The translations under genes were made by a program, and so were the position numbers. DNA of 64,000 bases. It comes from Nemertoderma westbladi (lineage: Eukaryota; Animalia; Xenacoelomorpha). The DNA lies in the NCBI GenBank assembly GCA_032718475.1, contig JAUCBJ010008047.1, forward strand, positions 8,498-72,497. The letters are read 5' to 3'. Shown piece after piece: positions 1-12,322 of this stretch. Numbering within the stretch: the stretch's first letter is position 1; each line of letters starts with the position of its first letter. The notes beneath the pieces are model-generated. The model searched no databases. It had not been told where the DNA came from and saw only the letters and a list, made by a program, of their open reading frames with translations.

Positions 1-877
1 ATTGTCATAGAATTAAGGATCTTGTGTCCCCAGACATGTTCTAGAATCAAAATATGTCCATTTAATTATCAAATAATAAAATTTCAGGGAATAAATTTAA
101 ATTCATGCCTTTTAATGAATTTAATAAATTGCCATTTTTACGCAATTTATAACAGTTCCCAAAATTCCATTAATTAATAGATCAAGGGAGCGGAGATTTA
201 TCTTATTATGCATATGAGTGTGCGAAAGTCTCCCAAACATAGTCAATAGCCGATAAAATTCATAAAGTCATGTATAAAACAGAACATTGACTATTAAAGA
301 ATACTATTAAATAACATCCCAGATCTGTATGCATTGGAATTACTCTAATTCTACCGCTAGCTTTGCATAATGTCACCATAGCAACAACCACGCTAGAATT
401 AGAATTGAGTTAAAAGAACAATAGAAAGCTTGTCCCATTGAATAGCATAGGGAATAAATAGCGCACTACTAGTATCCAAGGATACATAATAATACAGTGA
501 CATTCTGGAAGGCATTGACTAACGGACAAATGGCCCGAATGTGTGTAATTTGTGACAAGTGGTGTGTGTGGTATTTGTGAGTTTATAGGTGAATGTTACT
601 GCTAAGGTGTGTTTACAGTAGCTAGTCGCAATCGTAAAAGTAACCTAACTCTCCAAGGAAAACCTGAAGTACATCTAAGCCTTTGGGACGGACAGTCGAG
701 TGACTTGTGCCGGTTGTCGTTGTCGTTGTGCGGCTACGTCGTTGGCGAAAGTACAGCGGCGACGACACATCGGCGCTGAGGATCTCGTACTGTCCGGGGG
801 TTGATTGGGTAGGCAGCGACGCCCGCTCGCCTAAATATAAACTCATTATAATATGGATAAACTCATATATAGCAGAT

Positions 878-2208
878 ATGACGGAGTTGATAGAAGATGG
901 TCTTGGTATCGGGGAACGATATATTCTACTTTCAAACGTTTGTTGATAGCTTGATACGCGGTGATACTAGTCCAACTACTACGAAGGATGATGGTCGTTA
1001 TATCGAACCGCCAATGTCCCAAGAGCAGCTCACGCGTGAGTTGGACTATAAGAAATTCACCGCTCGATATACGCAGCGTAATGGTACGTATATGGGCTTC
1101 TTAACTACTGGTCATTCTATCAATTTACACAATACGGACTATGTCGACTATATATCCTGCCCAGAGGAGTCGGAACCATAAGCTGAAATTCGAATGCGAA
1201 AATTCTATTCGAAATCGGCTCGAAAGAAAAGACATTAAAGAAACAAATAAACGCGGTAACTCCAACATATATTTGGAATTCTTGATAGAAGCATTGTAAC
1301 AACAAATAAATATCATCCGCGTTTCCCCTACCAAACGTGCGTCTTTGGTATTATTACGGTAAATGCCCTAGATCCAGCCAATAAACGGAAAGACATAAAC
1401 ATCCACGGAAACGTTGTGATAAACACAGTTGTGTTCGTTATATTTACTGGAGTTTCGAGCGAAACTTGTTTGACGTATCACCTATGCTCACTCGGCTCTA
1501 ACGATCCTAGAGTAAACCTACGATCAGAGTCCCGGAATACTCGGTCAAACCTCCTCATTCCTTAGTTGGACCTCAGACCTGCGATCCTGGTGGTGTCGCG
1601 GATCCTCGCGGACTGTATTCACTGTTCAAAGATCTAGTGCTACCCTAACAATTAATCGGTAACACTCCGACAGTGATTTCTAGCTAGCCGCCCATCTTAC
1701 CTAGCCGGATTGTGACGCGGACACCTAATATCACTATCCAACCGTATGGTCGTCCACGTTTAATGCGATACAACCCCTCATCAAGATGAAGGAGAGCGTT
1801 GTACGAAACGAGTTAAACGCTATTCTATAAAGATCAAAAAGGAAACCTGCGTTTGTTCAGATAAACGTAAGTTATAATAGTAAGTCCAATCGATAAACGA
1901 ATTGGCCTTATCTCAGTTCGATTGGGAAACCTCGAATCTCAAAGAAGATATCAAGCTTAGAAAACCCTATTCTCTGCGAGAGTTTTGGACGAACGTATCC
2001 CATGACAAGCGGAGGAAAATCAGCTCGAGGAGAAGCATATCGAAATGGACGAGACACCGACCGTAAACCCAAACCTTTTAATGCAATCATATTGCACCCT
2101 TCACCCAGGAGTTATGGCCCTCCTAGTAAAGTGGCTCCCCCCAAAGAGAAAAGGACTCTGGCTAGCCTCAAGAAACTGCGTAAACGCCGTCCGCGCAAGA
2201 AAGACTAA
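878..2208 (+). pseudogene. Degraded accessory ORF3 of element C
   Basis: Starts MTELIEDGLG (cf. A: MTELIEDDLG), contains EPPMSQEQLTRELDY and ends KKLRKRRPRKKD* as in A. Multiple frameshifts, stops and deletions. Confidence 0.75.
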
Positions 2209-2286
2209 CTGTTTAGAGTATTTTTATATTTTAGAAACTGTGATTTTGTATATTTTATAGACTTAAATCCCATTTTCTGGGAGCGG

Positions 2287-3377
2287 TGTAAAAGCTTTTG
2301 TGGGATAACTGATTCGTTTGCCTTGTTGGCCAGTTCCCCCCCAGTCGCTAAGAATACTCTCAAAGTGATCTACAGCTAAAAATAGTGCAAGTTACCAGCT
2401 TATTGGCTGATTTGCTGTACGCAGGCATCTGGGCTCTGTTTAATCGGCCACCAAGCCTAGGGAGGTTGCGTCATAGCCTTGTTTTTGTATCTCCCAATAG
2501 AATTTGAGTTAGCCTTGATTTTGACCTATCACAGAGCTGCTGAACTGAAAATTTCCTATCTCACTGCTCTTTCTCTGTGTTGAACGGGAGCTTCATGGAA
2601 TAAGGGAGTTGGTATCCTCGTATAGAGCAGTAGTCACGAGTTTTACAAAGCCACGAAAGAACGGCTTTTAAATATCAAAACAAACTGGCACGATTGATCT
2701 GTGAATACTGCATACTGCTATTTGTTGTCGGTTATTCATTATATTTGTTGATGAATTATTATATTGGAATAACGAGAAATAACCCCGACACCCAATATTC
2801 TTGATATACCGAAGGTAAGAGAGAAAGGTTACCAATAACGATTGTGACTTATGTTAAAGTGGTTTGAAGTGAATCTAATGTTATTTGATAGACCCTACAT
2901 GAGTCAGTCTGTGTTCCTTTTATATGTGATTAAAATCATTGAAGATTGGCAGATTAGTGTGCAGTATTGTGCAGCATTGCGTATGAGCGAGTCTGTTAAA
3001 GAAGCAATTCCTAAAGAATGCGCCATATATGTGAATTATAATTAAGCCATATCGTTGTGAGTAGTTTAAGTCATAACTCTGTTTATATAGATAAAGCGCC
3101 ACGTCCTAAAGGAACTGTTAATATTCCCGAAGGTGAATAATATTGTCAGAGATTATATAATACTGTCAGTCGAATAATACATTAAGCTTACATAGCAATA
3201 AAATTAAACCGTCGAACCCAATCTCCCGGGAATATCCAGCGGGTGAATGGTCGCGCACGGATTGGTTTCGACTAGTGTAGTGAATCAAATACTTGTCATA
3301 GGCTAAAAAGCGATTTAATATCTAGAAGACATCTTAATTTGGCGGGTTAAACTGCCAAAGGTCTGAAAGCGCGAACA
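2287..3377 (+). repeat. 3' LTR of element C (~1091 bp, TG...CA)
   Basis: Begins TGTAAAAGCTTTTG after the PPT and ends ...GGTCTGAAAGCGCGAACA, matching the A LTR end ...GGTCTTCAAAAGCGCGTACA. Confidence 0.85.
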
Positions 3378-3411
3378 AGGTTCCACTACTTACACTATTA
3401 CACTATTTACT

Positions 3412-3570
3412 AGGTTCCACCTTGGTGTAGTGGTTGCTTTGAATTCACATCTCCTGTACGTCGTGGTTTCGATCCTCACATGGGCCAGGGCAGTTTTCGT
3501 TTCGGCACGAATGCTTTAAACGACCAGCCAGGTCACATCTCTGCCTTGCATCCTTAAGTGGTAGCTAGCG
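3412..3570 (+). mobile_element. tRNA-derived SINE 5' fragment
   Basis: A-box-like TGGTGTAGTGG (~3423), B-box-like GGTTTCGATCC (~3465), then CTGCCTTGCATCCTT, which resembles the central conserved domain of invertebrate SINEs. Boundaries approximate. Confidence 0.55.
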
Positions 3571-4225
3571 TTTCACCTACAAGATGTGTGTCTTTTGTAT
3601 TATTGTGATGAATGCCATAGAACCAATCAACAAACGGAACGCTATAAGCACCCATGGAGACTTTGCGCTAAACTTAGTTTCATATGCTATACTTACGGGA
3701 GTTTTGAGCAAAATCTGTTCGACGTGCAACCCATGATCGCTCGACTCAAACGATCCTTAAGTAATCCTATGATCAGAGTTCCTGAATACTTGGTCAGACC
3801 CCCTCGCCCCTCGATGTGACCTCAAACTCTCGATCCTAAAAGTATAACTGACCCTCCTGAGTTATACTCATTTTTTAAAGATCTGGTTCTACCCAAACAA
3901 CTAATTGGTGGCATTTCAGCTGTTGGTTCCTTGGGATATTAGCCCTACATACCTAGCCGGATTGGGACATATGATCTCCCCATTCAACCCGTATAATTGG
4001 CCTGGTTTGGCACCAATCCAACATGTTACTGAAGTGGAAGAAAGTGTAGTGCAGAATGCACTTGAAGCGATCCATCAAAAGATTAGAAAGGGAACCGACG
4101 ATGTCTTAGACAAACGTAAATTACATCAACAGGTACAAGCTGTGAGATAACTGTCTTTACCTCTCGGTTCGATCGAGAAATTGAAGAGTAGAATCAGCTA
4201 GAGGAGAAACATATCATAATAAGAA
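3571..4225 (+). pseudogene. Isolated fragment 'D' of the ORF3 region of a related BEL element
   Basis: Translates as LLYYCDECHRTNQQTERYKHP (cf. A: RLWCYCDECPRPNQQTEGHKRP). The nucleotide sequence parallels 1320-2040 of C. Confidence 0.7.
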
Positions 4226-5199
4226 AGTCATAAATGTATGCAGTTTCCCCGGGGCGCGGGTGTTCGCGGGCAGTCTCCTTCGGGAGGCTGTAACTTCCTC
4301 TTACATCATCCTCTTCCTCCAATCATTGTGACCATGGTCACTGTAACGCTGAAGGAATGAGTAATGACGCGAAAGGAAAATAACCATCCATCATAGTTTC
4401 TTATTGATACTACCATTCCATCTCTTCCATCATCCTCTCTCTCTACCCAATGCAACCGGAACGAGTGGAGCGTTGAAAGAGAAAGAACCATCCATCACAG
4501 TATCTTTTGATACTACCATGCCATATCCTCTTCCCTCATCCATCTTCTCTACCCAGCGCACTTGGAGCTTCTGTGGATAAATATCGACCAATCATAGCAC
4601 TATCGTGGTGCTAATGCATCGTCTTCCATATACCTCCCCACTCCTTTACTGTCCTGGCAGTCTTCCATCTGGATGTTTATATTGGTGTCCCTGAACTCCA
4701 CTTAATTTATCAACGCGTTGATATATTTCAGCACCACCTCCTTATCCTCCCTCCAGATGATTGGATGATAAACAAACAACCAACTTCCTCATCATCCGGT
4801 TAAAAGGCTTCATCGTTGTCACTAACAGTATCATCAGTATACTTATTGACAGCGCCTGGAGTGGTTTATAGTTTTATGAGCATTCTTCTCCATCCTTCCT
4901 TGGCCATTTGCACCATATTCGAAAATACTGCACTTTCCGAATGGTTAGCTGATGTGTGCATTCGAACCATACGTTCCCATCCCCTTATCCTGGGAACTAA
5001 ACTTGCTAAATTAGATGAATATAACAAATTCATCCGATTTGAATTTTTCAGGTGTTTTCTGACTCCGTTTCGGAACGTTGATAGTCAGTTTAAAGGTCGC
5101 GCACTGACCAAGCTCAGCCTGTAGACTCCACCACTGAGAAACTTGATAGTGCTCGATTCGCTATCTTTAAATATATATGCATGCATACAAAATATGCAT

Positions 5200-8100
5200 T
5201 CTGCCATTCTATATAGATCTATAGATCTGTAGATCTGATTCTGTAGATCCTTTGAGAAGAATGACTACCTCCGTAGAAATCCTACAGACTGAAGAGGAAC
5301 CTGCCTGTTTGGAGGCAGATGAAATCCAACCAATGACTCCTAGGAGCAATCACACGCTGGAGTGGTATGAAGTACCTCAACGTCTTACCACTTATGACTT
5401 AGTCGGTCTATTTATCTCCGGAAAAATCAGAAGAAAGGTGCATGATGGATGCAAACTTTAGAATAATCCTACGATCTGAGGAGTTTCGTGGTGGCGATCT
5501 GATAGTAACCCAATCTGGCCATGTTGTAAAGAAAATGGCACCCAGAGCGGGTGGGAACCCAGGGGTGAACGGTTCAGATGAAGCTGGACATCAGGCCGCA
5601 GGCGAGCACTAGGACTCTAGCCCCCCGCCCCGGCAGCATTTAAAGACTGTGTCGCTTGGATGCTGGAACATAAATGTCTGGACTCAATCTAACTGTGAAT
5701 TGCGACAGGCTGTTACTTTAGGTGAGGAACTTGACATAGTTATTATTTGTGAAACATTTATTGATGATAACACAGATCTCTCATTTAGTAATTATAAGTG
5801 GATTGGTAAGGCTCGCTCTACAATACGTAAGAAGGCTAAGAGGTTATCGGGGGGTATATGTATTTTCATAAAGAAGTCAATTTTGAACGATTTTAATGTC
5901 AACTTAGTTGATACTGATATAGATGGAAAGTTAATCATTAATAATTGAGTCTTTAGTAAATGATTTTTCGTTAATGGTTTGTGGTTGCTACAGTATATTC
6001 CTCCTGAGAACTCGGTGTATGGCCGTAACGTAGATGAATTTTACCAGGTTCTATTGTCCCATATATATTCTAAGTGCGACTTAGAATATCAGGTTATATG
6101 TTTAGGTGACCTTAATGGTAGAACCGAGGATCATAGTGATCTTTTAGATGGTATTGATTCTGATTTACCGACACGTGTTAATATTGATAAAGAGATTCAT
6201 AGACATGGCAAGGCATTACTAGATTTTTGTATCTATAGTAATCTTTGTATTTTAAATGGTAGAGGGTCATATTTAACCCTATTAAACCCGGGGGGGGGGG
6301 GGGGGGGGTCAATATGATCCGCCCCGTGGTTTTTTTATTATAATTCTGAAACAAACACAGTTGGGAATCTGAAATTTTAGGACTTTTCCTAAAAATCTAT
6401 TGTCTTCCTAGTAGTGAAAACCGTTTTTAAAAATATTTGGTACTTTTCGAGTTATAGCACCATTTTTTAACCCTAATTTTGGCACTTTTTTTGAGGCGTT
6501 TTTTGAAAATTACATTTCATTAAATATGAATTGTAACATCTCTATTTTTGATTTACACCGGTTTTTTGGTGTTAGAAATTGGATGGAATTCATATAAATT
6601 GATTTAGAAATTTCAAACTTGTTTTTTCGGTGGGTGCCAAATTTTGGTGCCAGCACCAAATTTTGAAATAAGTCAATTTTGTAAATTGATTGTTTGAAAC
6701 TTGTTTTTTACGCAATTGAGGTTTTTTGGGGTTCTGGATTCGATGAAATATATACGAGTTGCACCAAGCGTATCAAACTTGTATTTTTCGGTGCTGTGTG
6801 CAAATTTTGGTGCTAGCACGAAATTTTGAAAATCCATTCAATAGATAAAATTGCTTGTGACAATTTATTTCTTGCGTTTTAGAGGTTTATGGCTGTTCTG
6901 AATTCAATGGAAAATATAATTATCGAACTAGACATCTCAAACTTGTATTTTTCGGATGTGGGTGCAAAATGTGGTGCTAGCACCAAATTTTGAAAACTAT
7001 CAAATATATCAATTGATTGTGTCACCTTGTTTCTTGCGTTATACGGGTTTGTGATGGTTCTGAATTCAATGGAATCAGTAAAAATTTCATAAGAGTTCTC
7101 AAACTTGTATTTTTCGCCGGTGGGTGAAAATTGTTGTGCCAGCAGCAAATTTTGGAAAATATGCAAATTGATAAGTAGATAGTATCACCTTGTTTCTTGC
7201 GTTATACGGGTTTATGAGGGTCCTGAATCCGATGGAATCAATAAAAACAGCACTGGACATCGCAAACTTCTACTTTTTGGAGATGGGTACGAAATTTGGT
7301 GCTAGCACCAAAATTTCCCAAATTACGCCGAAAAATACAAGTAGCAATGATCTGGCATATTAGAAATGTATTCCATTAGAATCAGCGCCCTCGAAAACCT
7401 GAAAATGTGAATTTATAGCATCGTATAAGTGAATTAAAAATTTTGTGTTCTAACTGAAAAGTGCTGGTTACTTGTTTTTTTCATTTTTTTCCTACGCAGA
7501 GAGGACTAAACAGCCCTTTATAGTATATATATCATTTTTAAATATTTTCCAATGTATTTTGCGCCCCAGAAAACCTGTATTGAAAAACAATCACAATCAT
7601 CTCAACAACCGAAAAATGTAACTTTCAAATTTTGTGAAAATTGTGCACTACTTGTAATTTTGGTGCTGCAATATAACCACCCCAGTACATTTTTTCGAAA
7701 ATTTTTTTTTTCGGTCGGATCCAGACAAGTGATACCTACGTACAAACAAAAAATCAGACGTTTTCGTAAATATTTGTAGATTTTAGAGGGGGGGTCAATA
7801 TGACCCCCCCCCCCCCCCCCGGTATTTGTACAACATTTTATTGCCCGGTACTAATAGGGTTAAGAGGGCTATATTTAATGATTATACTTGTACTAATAGT
7901 AGGGGATGCTCAGTAGTTGTCTACATACTTACCAGTTCATCGGAATTTGATAGATGCATTGATTTTAATATTTTATCCAGTGTACAATGTGCTGACAAAC
8001 ATAACTGTGTGCGACTGATTAGTGGTCAATCTAGACTACCGGATCATGCTCTATTAAGATAGCTACAAATAATGTGGGCGTGTGTACTGCTGATAGTGGC

Positions 8101-9336
8101 TCGACTCATGCAACTTGTAAAACTAGTGATAGCTGTATTTTTAAACTTAAAAAATTTCGATTTGATTCAGTGCCAGTTAACATTTTAAATAATTATTTTG
8201 CCTGGGGTGCCATAGAGATAATTTGTAATAAGCTTGAAAGTGTAAACTCTGAGCGAGATATGATGGATGAAATCTTTTCAAATATTTGTGAACTTATTAT
8301 TGGTGAATGTGAAACTATTTAAAACCTATAAATTCTGCTGGAACTGATTAAAAAATTTAAATATCATAAACCATACTGGGATGAGCAGCTGACTAATCTG
8401 TGGAAAATCTTTCATGAAAACGTAAAGAATTTGAAATGAGTAAAAAGGGGAACATGGGAACAGGGATTTGCAGAGCGCGGTAAATAAATCCCAGCATGTA
8501 TTTGATAAAGAATTGCGACGGAAGAAGCGGTCATATCAATCACAAGTTGCGAATAAACTCGATTCCTTGAATGTGTGTAACCCGAAAATATTTTGGAATC
8601 AAATAAAGTTACTAGGACCTAAAAGTTATAACAGAATTACGCTCGAAGTAATCAATGATAATGGCCAGACGTGTATTGACCTACCGGACGTTTTAAATAC
8701 ATGGAACGTTGAGCTGATGAGTTCAATGGTTTACTAAATCGTGTGCTCCCCGATTACGCAGATAATGACTTCTTCAGTGAGGTGATGCTTAGATAAACCG
8801 AGTTGTCATGGATAATGGAAAGTCCGTTATATGAGCGAGACTCAATGTTGAATAGACCGTTTGACATGAGCGAGATAGAGCAAGCAGTTGGAAAATTGAA
8901 GTTAAACAAAAGTGGTATTGATGGGATTCCGAATGAAATTCTCCGCTTGCCGAGTTTGTTGCCTTTGTTATGCCAACTATTTAATAAGATTTTAGATACT
9001 GGTTGTATACCTTCTATGTGGTTGCAAGCACTCATAAAACCTGTGTATAAGTCTGAATGCAAGTATGTACCGTTGAATTATCGTGGAATTAGCCTTCTAC
9101 CATGTATCAGTAATTTATTCACAAGTATGCTAAATTCTAGAATAAGTGCATGTTGTAATAAATTTAATATATGCAGTGACGAGCAGTGCGGTTTTCGTGA
9201 GGGAAGGTCATGTATGGATAATATATACTCACTAGATTCTATTATAGTTAGTTGGCGAAGAGTAACAGGTCAGTCAACGTTTGTAGCCTTTGTTGACTTT
9301 AAGAAGGCCTTTGATTGTGTAAATCGGGATCTCTTG
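5200..9336 (+). pseudogene. Degraded non-LTR retrotransposon (LINE; APE endonuclease + RT, RTEX/CR1-like), 3' truncated, interrupted by a MITE
   Basis: APE motifs GCWNINVW, DIVIICETF, SGGICIFIKK, YIPPENS, LGDLNGRT, HGKALLDFC, ILNGRG. RT motifs SGIDGIPNE, NYRGISLL, EQCGFREGRSCMD, FVDFKKAFDCVNR. Many stops and frameshifts; the 5' boundary is approximate. Confidence 0.9.
6277..7859. mobile_element. Non-autonomous TTAA-targeting DNA transposon (piggyBac-like MITE)
   Basis: TTAA at 6273-6276 and 7860-7863; termini CCCTATTA.../...TAATAGGG; subterminal palindromes GGGGGTCAATATGA(T/C)CC at both ends; internal repeats (GGTGCTAGCACCAAATTTT); a second copy starts at 35288. Confidence 0.85.
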
Positions 9337-9388
9337 GTGGGAAGAAACATTTTTTAAAAACATTAAATTTCATTAACGTGATTGATAC

Positions 9389-9826
9389 CCACTAGACTAT
9401 GTGACCAAGTGAATTTGAAATTTTCGAGTGACTATTTTTAAACATCAATAACTTCGGTTCTACTGGGCCGTTTGATCTGAAACTTTTTTCTTTGGATAGA
9501 GGATAGATTGTAGTGTGTGAATTAGGATACAACTTGGGAAAAGGCGCATGTGCACTTAGTGCAAAATGCACTTAAATAGTGCACATTTTTTAGATAATTC
9601 AAACACTATTATTTCAAGTTCTATACATCCTAGAATGTTATTTTTTGGGTTAAAATGTAGTTTGGAGTGATTTCTAACTATAATCTTAACATAATTGTTT
9701 ATTTTTATGTATATAAAGTGACTTAAAATGTCCGGTAAATGGTCCAAAATCGCAAATGTCGCGATTTTTTGACACTTTTAGCGACTGACACTTGATCATG
9801 CACCATCGTAGATCGGTAGAGGATAG
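9389..9826. repeat. Interspersed repeat, copy 1 (non-coding DNA-element fragment; probably continues to ~11100)
   Basis: Direct repeat of 12323-12780 (ACTAGACTA.GTGACCAAG...GATCGGTAGAGGATA). Confidence 0.7.
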
Positions 9827-12322
9827 ACATAAGTGTGTTAAATAGGAACCACCTTTAGGATCCGCTGAAGTGCACTTGTGCAAATATGTGTGCAAATGTG
9901 CAATTTTTTTAATAAGGTCAAATGGTGTATTATTGGGTTCTTTTCGTTGCAGATAGTTTATTTTCATATTAATATGTTGTTTGGACCTTACTGAGCGCAT
10001 TGGGAGTATGTGTACACATAACCGGTCCTTATAAGGGTTCGATTTGTTAAATTAATAAAAAAATAAGGTTGAAATATTCTAAAAAACCAGTGTGATCTTA
10101 AATGAACTTTAAACAATAAATAGAGATCAGATAACAAATGGACCACACAATTTATTAACAAACTCGCACCTTTTCGGACTTATCTCTTCAATTTTATTCA
10201 ACAGTGGATATTTGGGGGAAGTTAGAGAACTCCATTTATGCAGTGATTCTAACTTCCTTCCCCCTTCGTAATATAATATACCAAAGGCACATTCTTTGGA
10301 GGACCTGTTGTTTACTATGTAGACTTTGTTCAACCTAAACAACTTAAGTCAGATTAACAATATCATCCTGTAAAATTTCTAAGCAATTAGTGGTATGAAT
10401 AATGCTGATCTTCGAACTATGGTTCTGTAATTAAATTTTATTAATTCAACATCTATAGGGATTTACCAGTGAAAGAAACCTAGAATCCATTATCACAATA
10501 TAACAGTATCAATAACCATATCTATTCTATGTAGATCATAATAGAGACGTCTAGCTCGAAAACTACTTAACTTACGGGAGATTTGTTTACACAAAATTAT
10601 TGTGCGTTAAATTATCTATCTAACAGCGTTAGTTACAGCGCGTAGCTAATATACAACTGGAGCGGCAGACGATCGTGTGAAATATTATATTTATAAGAAA
10701 GGGACGAAAAAATTTTTTCTTAATAAATCGCTACTCTATTATAATTGAGCTTTTTGCGCCAAAACTACCTGTAAAATATAGAAAATTAACTCCGCTATCA
10801 TTTTTCTTAACACTTATAATTAAAATTACGAATTTTAAGGGTCAAAAAATATCGCATAATTTTTGCCCTTTTTTTCATTTTTTTTGGGGCCAAAAATGAC
10901 CCCCTCTCTAAAGATAGAAAAAAAAATTACGGCAAAGAATATACCAATTTTATTGAATTTGGACAACCAGAACCGAAGTTAGAGCGATTTTAGTGAATAA
11001 ATAAAAATATTTTTTTTTTGCAAAAAATTAAGAATGGTCAATATTGGATATCGTACCCGCGAACTTAGGTATCACTAACACGTTCGTGGGGCCTTCGCGC
11101 AGGACAAGGTCCCGTTATGAGATACAAATTAAAACTGAGCGACTGTATCACAAAATCAGTATTTGAGAAATTTAACCATACCGACAATCAATCAAAGAAA
11201 GGGGGACAGTACGTGTTCAGCCCTTTTAATCTGCCCCCCCCCCCCTTCCTACCAACCAATACATAACCACGACATCTACCACCCAAGGGGAGGAAGGGTA
11301 GCACAAACTTATTTCCAATCACACGTTCAATATGCGAAGCCATGATGTGGTTTATAGGAAATATCAAGAATTCGAGAAAATCGAGAATACGAGAAACTTG
11401 ATCGAAATACCTGCTCATCCCAGTATCCGTCCGTAGTCACCGGACAGCTGCGGTTTATTCCCGTAGAACAGTAGAATTCCCGCAGCTTCCGACCCAATTC
11501 GACAACGAATTCGCATAACACTTTCGCGTGGCAGAGAACGTAATCCGGTACGATACACGTCTGCCAGACTTTCAACAATTTCCCCCAGGCGATCCCAGGA
11601 TCTGGCTGTCCGGGCCTCCGCTAAATCCAAATCGCAATCCTCGTCGATTCGTCCAGTCGTCGACGTAAGTCGGACTCTTCCCACCGCACTCCAAGGTGGG
11701 TGGCCTGAGTGAGGCATGAGGAACTTGGCAGCGGCCCGCATTACGATCCGACCAACTGCCGCATTTGGCATTCCCAGTGTAGTAGGCCCTAAATATAATC
11801 TTACTGACAAGCAAGCAATTCCGTAGTATTTATTCCTCAGTTAATCGCATCTTGATGCCACTCGGCTGCTCGGGTCCAGATACACCGGACTGTCGGAAGC
11901 TGCTTAGATGAAGAAGTTGTTAAGATGGCCTTGCCAACGACCTGAAGACCGTACTGGTAACTCTGTACCACTGTAACAGTTAACAGTACCGGTACCGTAC
12001 TGTAATCCTGTAATCTCCTAGCAACCAGCTGATGCCAAGCCTAATAATTTTTGGGTAGATTAATTTATTATAAATGTAAGACAGTTACACAGATGCTGCA
12101 TGAAGACCCCATGCAAATTCAACTTGGAAAATTTCTAAACTTTGGCCAGACTACATGTTACATGTTACAAATTTCATTAACATTTGGCTGAGTTATTAAC
12201 GTTTAAAATTGGACACAACAGAAACAGATCGACAGAGCAACAGACACACCGATTGAGTTAGTGGTACCTGTATGCTAAGCTCGCTTACTTTCGTCGCTCG
12301 CCCCACATGAATGATAACCACT

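Larger units (their letters stand above)
1..3377 (+). mobile_element. BEL/Pao LTR retrotransposon 'C', 3' portion (pol-ORF3 spacer, degraded ORF3, PPT, 3' LTR); relative of element A in opposite orientation
   Basis: 1-1400 and 2040-2300 align to the reverse complement of element A (about 20870-19290 and 18580-18310). PPT GGGAGCGG at 2279-2286 is directly followed by TGTAAAAGCTTTTG, the same LTR start as A. Confidence 0.85.

Noticed and set aside
11327-11960. GC-richer island with short minus-strand ORFs (131 aa at 11415-11810)
   Set aside because: No recognisable motif. It may be a coding relic but cannot be assigned without a search.
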